Shown here in pieces: positions 16,389 to 23,122 of a stretch of DNA of 23,122 nucleotides (its first letter is position 1; each line of letters begins with the position of its first letter). The notes beneath the pieces are model-generated. The model did not search any database and was not told the DNA's origin. It saw only the letters and a program-made list of their open reading frames with translations. The stretch is from assembly GCA_032128375.1 (NCBI GenBank), contig JAQBGU010000082.1, positions 1-23,122 of the forward strand. Direction: 5' to 3'. The translations under genes were made by a program, and so were the position numbers. The stretch comes from Deltaproteobacteria bacterium. Its GTDB lineage: Bacteria > Myxococcota_A > UBA9160 > SMWR01.

Positions 16389-19277
16389 TCACTCGATGTA
16401 GCCGAGCGCCTCGAGTGCCTCGCGCTGCGTTGCATCGTCGGCGCGTTTCTGCGCGGCCATCGTGGGCGCGAGCGTCTGAAACGCGCGCACCTCCCAATTC
16501 GAATCCTCGATCATCTCGATCACGTGACCCTCGCGATATTCTTCCGGTTCGACAGACAGCGCGATCTCGGCCCCATCGTCACCAATGGAAGTAACCTCGA
16601 AACGGAGCTCCGTATCTGCGTCGAAATGCGCGAACAGAACCAGGCCGCCGCGCGCAGATCGGTCGAGCACGAAGACTCCCGGTTCGCGCTCGACGAGCGG
16701 TGATCCGACCAGGCTTTTGGCAGAACGAACCGACTCATTGATTCGAACCCGAAACTGCACCGTGTCGCTGCGCTCCCCGCCGGTCGCCACCAGGTAGTAA
16801 CCTGGTCGATATTGCAAGAAGTAGTCGATCATCCGTGCGCGCAGCCGCTCGGCGATTGCAGGGTGTCGATCGATCACGTTCTGACGTTCGCCTGGATCCG
16901 TCTCGAATCGATACAAGGAGTGCTCGACCGGAATGTCCGGCGCGTGTCTTAGAACGTACTTCCAACCCTGCCAGCTCAGAGCAATCGCGCTCCAGCGCAG
17001 GTTTTCACTGATACCGGGGCGGTCTGTGATCGCGAACGACCCGGCTTCGGCAGGTCCTTCGCTGCTTCCAGCCATTTCGAGCGCGGGAAGCAGTGTGGCT
17101 GCGGTCATCGAGCCGACGTCATGTTCGATTCCAGCCAGATCGAGCAGGGTTGGCATCAGATCGAACGATCGGACCTGTTGGCTCACCACGCGGCCGTGCG
17201 CCCAATCGACAGCACCGGGCCCCCGCACCTGGTGAGGCTTGATGATCAATGGAACCCGAACCAGCTCATCAAAGAGGTAGTGGCGCCCGTGTCCAAAGAA
17301 CTGCCCGCGATCGAACAGGCTCTCCCCGTGGTCTGAGACGAACGCGATGATCGTGTCGTCGTACAGCCCCCGACGCTTGAGCGTGTCGATGATCCTCCCA
17401 ATTCGATCGTCGAGATACGCGATCTCACCGTCGTAGAGGTCGGATACCGCGGTCTTGAACTGCGGCACGCTGATCCCATCGGGAGTGCACAACGAGCAGC
17501 CTTCGACTTGTCCGTACAGGTTCGTTGTGAACGGGAGTTTCAGGCCGAGTCGCGTGAGCACTTCGCTGCTTCCATAGCGTTTCGCAAAATCTGACGGTTG
17601 ATTGAAAGGCTGGTGTGGATCATTGAAGTGCAAGAACAAGAAAAAGCGCCGGTCCCCGTTCGAGCGAAGCCACTCGTCGGCCTTCGCGACGACCCCGTCG
17701 GCGGACGACGCTAGCGCGGGTACTCCCAACCATGTATCGAATCCCTGCTCGAAGCCCATGTTGTACAGGTAGGCCTTGTAGGCGATGCCCCGGGTCAACC
17801 AGCCAGCATTTCGAAAGTACTCCGCCAGGGTCGCAATCTCGGGAGCGATTGCGCTCGCTCGGTGGATCACCAGGTGCTGTGAGGGGGTGAGGCCGGTCAG
17901 CAATGACGCAAACGACGGTGCAGTCCAGTTGCTGTTACTCACGGCGCGCTCGAATCGCACGCCATCCGCGGCGAGCGCGTCGATGTGAGTCGAGGTGTTG
18001 CGTAGGTAGCCGTAAGACGACAATCGATCTGCTCGGAGCGTATCGATACCGATGAGCAGCACGTTCGGAGGATCTTCGGCGGATCGTTTGGTATCGATTA
18101 CAGGGTTCCCCCAGAGCGCGTACCCTCGGGTGCGCGGCAATGCGGTCGTCTCGAGGCGCAGCTCCACCTGCTGGCCGCCGAACGCATCGAGATCGACGCT
18201 CGCCTCTCGCCAGTGCCAGCCGTCACCGCCCGCGCGCACCACGACGCGCCGGCGAAACAACTCGACCTCGCGCCCCCCGTGCGCAGCGACGATGCGAAAC
18301 TGCACCGCGTCACCGGGCTTCGAGGCCTTGAACATCGCGTATGAGAATTGCAGTCGAGCGTGCGCGGGAATGGCAAGCTGGTAGCGGATCAGCGTTGGCG
18401 CCGGCGCGAACAGTGCATGTCGGAACTCGTAGTTGACATCATAGGGGGGCTCGACCACGTCGCTGACCGGCAGCAGCTGCGCATGTTTTGCGATTCCCAA
18501 CGCCGGATCGCTGCCGGGGGCCAACCCGAAGCCCTTGAACAATGCGAGTTCCTGGCGCAGTCGCGGTTCGAGTCGTTCGACCTCGACATCATCGAACCAG
18601 GCGTCTCTCGGCTTCGGGGACGCGATGCCTTCCGCGTCCTGGATCATCATGACGAGCGTTCGCGTATGCGCCGTTGTGAACACGTGCATCGAATCCGATT
18701 GCCATCGGTCGCGACGCGGCTTCTCGAAGTGATGCGTGTAGAGCAGCGTCCCGCGGGCCAGAAACTCGAGGTTCGGATCCAGAAGGCGAGTGAGATCGGC
18801 GGGGTGATTCAGCTGTTCGGGGTGTTCGAGCCCGACCCGGGACTCCATTACCGCGAAGTCCACCAGCGGCTCGTCGGTGTGGATCCGACGACGGATCAGG
18901 TAGTGGGTCGCAGGTTCGACCGCGACCACGAAGAGGCATTGATACGGCGCGCCACCCCGGTAGTGGAGTGCCCGCTGTTCGGATCGATTCGCGATCGAGC
19001 AGCCTGTAACGTCATCTGTTGCTTCCGCGCCTGATTCGAAATCGCGCTTCAGTACGCTGTGCGCGGGGACGCCTGGAAGCTTCAGCAAAGAATTCACGGC
19101 CCGGACACGAAGCAGCGGTGAGTAAATTTTCGCTTCGTTCAGATGCAGCTCGAGTCGGATCGGCTCCAGCGCGGATGCCGGCAGAATCGGGCCGGCCACC
19201 AGTCCAAAGACCAGCAGGGCGCGAAAGGTCAGCAACCCTTTCCGAAACCCAGGCGATAGCCATCTCGCGCTCTCCAT
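16389..19277 (-). CDS. Large exported sulfatase-like hydrolase/transferase (alkaline phosphatase superfamily) with extra N- and C-terminal domains
   Basis: Signal peptide; PNVLLIGIDTLRAD, WTAPSFASLLTG, HFNDPH, YDGEI, SDHGE, VPLII and DPGE motifs; C-terminal LEALGYIE. Confidence 0.88.
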   Translation of the reverse strand: MESARWLSPGFRKGLLTFRALLVFGLVAGPILPASALEPIRLELHLNEAKIYSPLLRVRAVNSLLKLPGVPAHSVLKRDFESGAEATDDVTGCSIANRSEQRALHYRGGAPYQCLFVVAVEPATHYLIRRRIHTDEPLVDFAVMESRVGLEHPEQLNHPADLTRLLDPNLEFLARGTLLYTHHFEKPRRDRWQSDSMHVFTTAHTRTLVMMIQDAEGIASPKPRDAWFDDVEVERLEPRLRQELALFKGFGLAPGSDPALGIAKHAQLLPVSDVVEPPYDVNYEFRHALFAPAPTLIRYQLAIPAHARLQFSYAMFKASKPGDAVQFRIVAAHGGREVELFRRRVVVRAGGDGWHWREASVDLDAFGGQQVELRLETTALPRTRGYALWGNPVIDTKRSAEDPPNVLLIGIDTLRADRLSSYGYLRNTSTHIDALAADGVRFERAVSNSNWTAPSFASLLTGLTPSQHLVIHRASAIAPEIATLAEYFRNAGWLTRGIAYKAYLYNMGFEQGFDTWLGVPALASSADGVVAKADEWLRSNGDRRFFLFLHFNDPHQPFNQPSDFAKRYGSSEVLTRLGLKLPFTTNLYGQVEGCSLCTPDGISVPQFKTAVSDLYDGEIAYLDDRIGRIIDTLKRRGLYDDTIIAFVSDHGESLFDRGQFFGHGRHYLFDELVRVPLIIKPHQVRGPGAVDWAHGRVVSQQVRSFDLMPTLLDLAGIEHDVGSMTAATLLPALEMAGSSEGPAEAGSFAITDRPGISENLRWSAIALSWQGWKYVLRHAPDIPVEHSLYRFETDPGERQNVIDRHPAIAERLRARMIDYFLQYRPGYYLVATGGERSDTVQFRVRINESVRSAKSLVGSPLVEREPGVFVLDRSARGGLVLFAHFDADTELRFEVTSIGDDGAEIALSVEPEEYREGHVIEMIEDSNWEVRAFQTLAPTMAAQKRADDATQREALEALGYIE

Positions 19278-19289
19278 CGAGATCGACCG

Positions 19290-20900
19290 TCAACCAATGG
19301 ACGTTTCGGAATCCGACCACTCCCGGGCGCGCAGCTGAAACTTTTGAATCTTTCCAGTCGATGTCTTCGGAAGTTCGATGAACTCGACCGCTTTTGGGCA
19401 CTTGAAATGTGCCAGGCGATCTCGGCAGAACGCGATCAGTTCTTCGGCTGTGAGGGTTTCACCAGCGCGCAGCGATACGAAGGCCTTCGGAACCTCACCC
19501 CATTTCTCGTGCGGTGTCGCAACTACAGCGCACTCCAGAACCGCCGGGTGCTGAACCACGATGTGCTCCACCTCGATTGTCGAGATATTCTCTCCACCGC
19601 TGATGATGATGTCCTTCTTGCGGTCGCGCAGTTCGATATAGCCATCGGGGTGAACCACGGCGAGGTCGCCCGAGTGGAACCAACCGCCCCGAAAGGCCTC
19701 CTCGGTCGCCTTTGGGTCCTTGAAATAACCTTCCATGACGTTGTTGCCGCGCATCATCACCTCGCCCATCGTCTTTCCGTCGGAGGGGACATCGCGCATC
19801 TGTTCGTCGGCCACGCGCAGGTGGTTGTGCACCGGGTATGGGACCCCTTGCCGCGACATCACCTTGGCGCGCCCGACTGTATCGAGCCCCTCCCAAGCCG
19901 TTTGCATGTCGCAAAACACGTGCGGTCCGTAGGTTTCGGTCAACCCGTAGAGATGGGTCACCGAAATCCCCAGTTCTTCCATCTTTGCGAGCAGCGTCGG
20001 CGACGGAGGAGAGCCGCCTGTGGCAACGCGCACCTTGGGATCGAACCGGACACCCTTCGCCTCGGGGGCTTCGGCGATCATCAGAATCAGCGTGGGAGCG
20101 CCGTTGAAATGAGTGACCCGCTCGGTGCGGATCAACTCGATAATCTTCGCCGGGTCGGTCCCACGAAGCATCACCTGCGTGCCGCCGGCAGCACACACCG
20201 CCCACGGAAAGCACCAGCCGTTGCAATGAAACATCGGAAGCGTCCACAGAAACACCGAATCGCGTTCCAATTTATGAACGATGACCTCAGACAATGCGTT
20301 GAGAGTCGCACCGCGATGCGTGTACATGACTCCCTTCGGTTGACCGGTGGTTCCCGAGGTGTAATTGATCGAAGTCAGCGCAAGTTCGTCGCCGATGGGT
20401 CCTTCGATCGGGTCGAGATTCGCCCCATCTGTGAACTCCGCGAAGCTCGGACCGTCGAGGGGCGAACCGGATACTCCCGCAACCGCGTCTGGCAAATTGA
20501 CCAGCAGCGGGTTGGACGCAAGGCCGCCTGGTGCATCTTTGACACGGTCGGCCAGCTCGACATCGGCTATCACGATGCTGGCGCCGGAGTGATTCAAGAT
20601 GTAACCGACCTCCGACGCGTTGAGCCGGGTGTTGATCGCGACCAACACCGCTCCGACGCGGAGTACGGCGAAGTGCGCCTCCAGCAGCTCGGGAACGTTT
20701 GGCGCGAGCATCGCGACGCGATCCCCCGGGCGTACCCCGGCCCGGCGCAGCGCGCCGGCGAAGCGACCCACGCGGTCGGCGAATTGCGCGTAGCTGGTGC
20801 GGACGTCTCCGTAGACGACCGCCGTCTTGTTCGGGAAGACCCGAACTGTCCTTGCGAGCAACGCCAGCGGCGTCAGAGGCTCAAAAGCGACGTCATTCAT
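19290..20900 (-). CDS. Acyl-CoA synthetase / long-chain fatty acid--CoA ligase family protein
   Basis: YTSGTTGQPKG, LPMFHCNGW, YGLTE, WFHSGD, DRKKDIIISGGENI and LPKTSTGKIQK motifs. Confidence 0.95.
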   Translation of the reverse strand: MNDVAFEPLTPLALLARTVRVFPNKTAVVYGDVRTSYAQFADRVGRFAGALRRAGVRPGDRVAMLAPNVPELLEAHFAVLRVGAVLVAINTRLNASEVGYILNHSGASIVIADVELADRVKDAPGGLASNPLLVNLPDAVAGVSGSPLDGPSFAEFTDGANLDPIEGPIGDELALTSINYTSGTTGQPKGVMYTHRGATLNALSEVIVHKLERDSVFLWTLPMFHCNGWCFPWAVCAAGGTQVMLRGTDPAKIIELIRTERVTHFNGAPTLILMIAEAPEAKGVRFDPKVRVATGGSPPSPTLLAKMEELGISVTHLYGLTETYGPHVFCDMQTAWEGLDTVGRAKVMSRQGVPYPVHNHLRVADEQMRDVPSDGKTMGEVMMRGNNVMEGYFKDPKATEEAFRGGWFHSGDLAVVHPDGYIELRDRKKDIIISGGENISTIEVEHIVVQHPAVLECAVVATPHEKWGEVPKAFVSLRAGETLTAEELIAFCRDRLAHFKCPKAVEFIELPKTSTGKIQKFQLRAREWSDSETSIG

Positions 20901-20907
20901 CGCGCCG

Positions 20908-20913
20908 AGTATA
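20908..20913 (-). promoter_or_regulatory. Putative -10 element for a leaderless acyl-CoA synthetase mRNA
   Basis: Minus strand reads TATACT-cggcgcg-ATG; no SD sequence. Confidence 0.6.
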
Positions 20914-21056
20914 TGCCGGTCGCGACCGAAGATCCCGGTGAACCTGGCCTGGAAGGATTAGCCGAGCTGGCGACCGGAATGGCGATTTCGAAAATTTCGC
21001 GGTCGAGGCAGCTGCGCGGGCATTCAGGAAAAAAATCAGACGAGAAGGTGCAGACG

Positions 21057-21110
21057 AAAAAAACCCCGGGAGCAATTAGCTGCGGCCTACGGTACCCGCG
21101 CCCCCGGGGC
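21057..21110 (-). terminator. Putative intrinsic terminator with a long loop
   Basis: GCCCCGGGGGCG (21110-21099) pairs with UGCUCCCGGGGU (21074-21063), running into a U7 tract (21063-21057); 24-nt loop. Confidence 0.55.
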
Positions 21111-21511
21111 GGTGGCTCTGGGAACGCTGCGTCCCAGGTACACCGAAACGATATGCGAATTCGGATCGGCGTCTAGGACGCCACCACCTCACTCACCGTA
21201 GTCTGTTTATGATGCACCGAATCACCTCCGTCTCGGCGTCGAGGACACCCAACGAGGCCCAGACCTCGCTTCCATACCCGGTATGCGGGGTGGTCGCCGT
21301 TACCTCCCCTCCGGGCCGCCCGGCAAAGCGGTAGAAACCTCCGTGCCGGACTCGGGGGCGAGTGAGGCCCCCTTCACATAAGCGTATCGGAAGATCGACC
21401 TTCCCTCCATAGTCCGGAGCGCCCATATTTCGGAGCGGACCGCTGGCAGCACCACTCGTGACTTCCTGAGGCAGGACTCCAGCAACTACCATCAAGAATC
21501 TCGAAGAGATT
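21057..21511 (-). ncRNA. Candidate large (~450 nt) structured non-coding RNA of unknown family
   Basis: More than 10 hairpins plus nested long-range helices. Imperfect pairs are G-U on the minus strand and would be A-C on plus. GATACT -10-like element upstream; stem plus U7 at the 3' end; no convincing ORF. Confidence 0.65.
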
Positions 21512-21548
21512 CGACCTAGTATCCGGCCGTCTTCTGGCGGGGCGGGAC

Positions 21549-22517
21549 GTGTTTCGATTCAGGTTGGTTGGTCTGTTGCTCGTTGCTGCAGTCGCGGTCG
21601 TGGGTTGGTTTCTGACCTGCGGCGCTTGGCGGCTCGAGCAGGAAGTCGCGAGGGTCGGGCCGCTCGAAGACCGGAAGTTCGCCAGACTGACGGTCGTGAC
21701 TGCGGGAACGGGCGGGCGGTTCGAAAATCCCGAGCGCCGTGGGCCCGTCACTGCGATCGGGTTCGGCTCTCTCATCGTGCTCGTCGATGCCGGCCGCGCC
21801 GTCGCTGACGCGCTGCGGCTTGCGACGATTCCGGTTTCCCAACCCGACGCTGTCTACCTGACGAATCTACTCCCGCACAACACCATCGGACTCGACAATC
21901 TTCTGCTCACACAGTGGATCAATGGTCGCGAGCGACCGTTGCGCGTCATCGGGCCCGCGGGGACCAGGGCTTTGACCGAACACCTGCTGCGCGCCCATCA
22001 ACCCGGAATCGCTGCACTGGCCGGTGGGCTCGGCACCGCCGGCGAGACGCCGAGCTTCGACGTGAGCGAGATTTCTGGTGGATGGTCGGAGCAGGTCGAC
22101 GGTTTGTTGGTTCGGGCCGAGGCGCTTTCTGGCGGCCCGATCGAGGCGCTCGGCTACCGATTTTCCGCCGGTGAGCGATCGGTGGTGGTATCGGGTACCG
22201 GATGGGCGCCCGATGAACTCGTCGAGCTGTCGCGTGGCGCGGACATGCTGGTCCACGAAGCCGTACTCGTACCCACGCCCGAGATCGCGCAGGAAATGGG
22301 CATGGATGAAGACGCTGAGCTGCTGATACGTGAAGCTGCCGAACACACCAGCATCGCAGATATTGGGGGCCTCGCTCAGCGCGCCGGCGTGAAGACACTG
22401 GTACTGGTGCGGATGCGACCCCCGCCGATCTACGACGTCCAAGTCACCAGCATCATCGATGACGAGTTCGACGGCCGCATCGTCATCGCGATCGACGGAA
22501 CCGAACTCATACCCTGA
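21549..22517 (+). CDS. MBL-fold (RNase Z / AtsA-like) protein with N-terminal membrane anchor or signal and degenerate metal-binding motifs
   Basis: GTGG, LVDAG, ALGYRF, VVVSG, ADMLVHEA, HTS and AGVKTLVL scaffold motifs; HxHxDH region reads TNLLPHN. Confidence 0.85.
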   Translation: MFRFRLVGLLLVAAVAVVGWFLTCGAWRLEQEVARVGPLEDRKFARLTVVTAGTGGRFENPERRGPVTAIGFGSLIVLVDAGRAVADALRLATIPVSQPDAVYLTNLLPHNTIGLDNLLLTQWINGRERPLRVIGPAGTRALTEHLLRAHQPGIAALAGGLGTAGETPSFDVSEISGGWSEQVDGLLVRAEALSGGPIEALGYRFSAGERSVVVSGTGWAPDELVELSRGADMLVHEAVLVPTPEIAQEMGMDEDAELLIREAAEHTSIADIGGLAQRAGVKTLVLVRMRPPPIYDVQVTSIIDDEFDGRIVIAIDGTELIP

Positions 22518-23121
22518 GCTCTCCGTCAACTTCGGCAGGCTCGGCACTCGGGGGTTCCTCACGATCGCGCAGCATCGGGGGAATGTAATCCGGCCGGTCA
22601 TCGCGTTCCCGCTCGCCGACGAACCGGCGCCGCTGTTCGAGGAAATACGACTCGTCTGGGTCCAATTTGATCGCCTCTTCGATGATCGAAATCGCCGCAT
22701 CCGCGTTGCCCAGCTGAAATTGCACCTCTGCCAAAGTATCCAGGATGGTGGGTTCGGATCTACCGGTTTCAGACACCGCCCTCTCCGCAAGCGACAACGC
22801 CGCCAACAGAACGATCTCTGTGGGTGCCGGATCGGTCGCGGTCGCGATGAGCCAAGCGGTGTCGTTGAGCACCAACGGCGAGATTTCGGGAAGGCCCAAG
22901 ACGCGTTGGGCGTATCTCGCGGCCGGGTCGCCGGGTTTGGCCAATTCCATCCCGGCAGTGGCCACGGCCAGGAAGCTGACCAGCAGCGCGAAACCGCTGA
23001 CGATTCGCGTTCTCAGCGGCGCCGGAGTGGCAAAGGGACCGGTCAAGATCGCAGCTGCGACCGCCCCGGCAAGCAACCCGCCGGCGTGCGCGGCGAAGGC
23101 GACGATTGGCAGGATCGCCCC
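22507..23121 (-). CDS. Rhomboid family intramembrane serine protease with C-terminal TPR domain (3' part; 5' end is outside the window)
   Basis: Frame is open from the window edge: GAILPIVAFAAHAGGLLAG (AHxGG catalytic-His motif), then a TM helix and TPR-like LNDTAWLIAT...ILDTLAEVQFQLG...AIKLDP. Overlaps the convergent MBL gene by 11 bp. Confidence 0.8.
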   Translation of the reverse strand, partial: GAILPIVAFAAHAGGLLAGAVAAAILTGPFATPAPLRTRIVSGFALLVSFLAVATAGMELAKPGDPAARYAQRVLGLPEISPLVLNDTAWLIATATDPAPTEIVLLAALSLAERAVSETGRSEPTILDTLAEVQFQLGNADAAISIIEEAIKLDPDESYFLEQRRRFVGERERDDRPDYIPPMLRDREEPPSAEPAEVDGELRV

Positions 23122-23122
23122 G

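Noticed and set aside
19344..21176. 610-aa plus-strand ORF and other long antisense ORFs (e.g. 1532..2593, 15555..16334, 21867..22790)
   Set aside because: Shadow frames of real genes, typical of high-GC codon usage; no domain motifs.
21278..21306. Group II intron domain V look-alike on + (cggtatgcggggtggtcgccgttacc)
   Set aside because: Lacks the AGC/CGC triad stem and GNRA loop; the same bases form better hairpins on the minus strand.
21193..21495. 100-aa minus-strand ORF within the structured region
   Set aside because: TTG start, no clear SD and no recognisable protein features; the dense pairing is better explained by RNA structure. Not formally excluded.
21057..21511. tmRNA, RNase P RNA, SRP RNA, 6S RNA or retron msr-msd
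   Set aside because: No tRNA-like GGGG...TTCGA...CCA ends, no GAGGAAAGTCC or ACAGAA..CGGCTTA, no SRP helix-8 motif, too long and branched for 6S, and no reverse transcriptase in the window.

Overview
GC-rich bacterial chromosomal window with no integrase, transposase or CRISPR array; gene style suggests Myxococcota or a deltaproteobacterial lineage (inference). Order: 21-bp tandem repeat, rsmB-rpe, tRNA-Pro(CGG), a small orphan ORF, CPBP/CAAX protease, greA, a translationally coupled HAMP adenylate cyclase / TPR lipoprotein / FN3 lipoprotein trio, tRNA-Asn(GTT), SH3 protein, LLM oxidoreductase, trkH-trkA-pfp (minus), kdsB, a large sulfatase-like protein and an acyl-CoA synthetase (minus), an MBL-fold protein with degenerate metal sites, and the 3' part of a rhomboid-TPR gene. 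The most striking unexplained element is a ~450-nt, helix-dense, apparently non-coding minus-strand segment (~21057-21511). It has long-range closing helices, a duplicated hairpin, a candidate promoter and a U7-tailed terminator-like stem. I could not match it by eye to tmRNA, RNase P, SRP or 6S RNA. All structures were found by hand; no folding program or database search was run.
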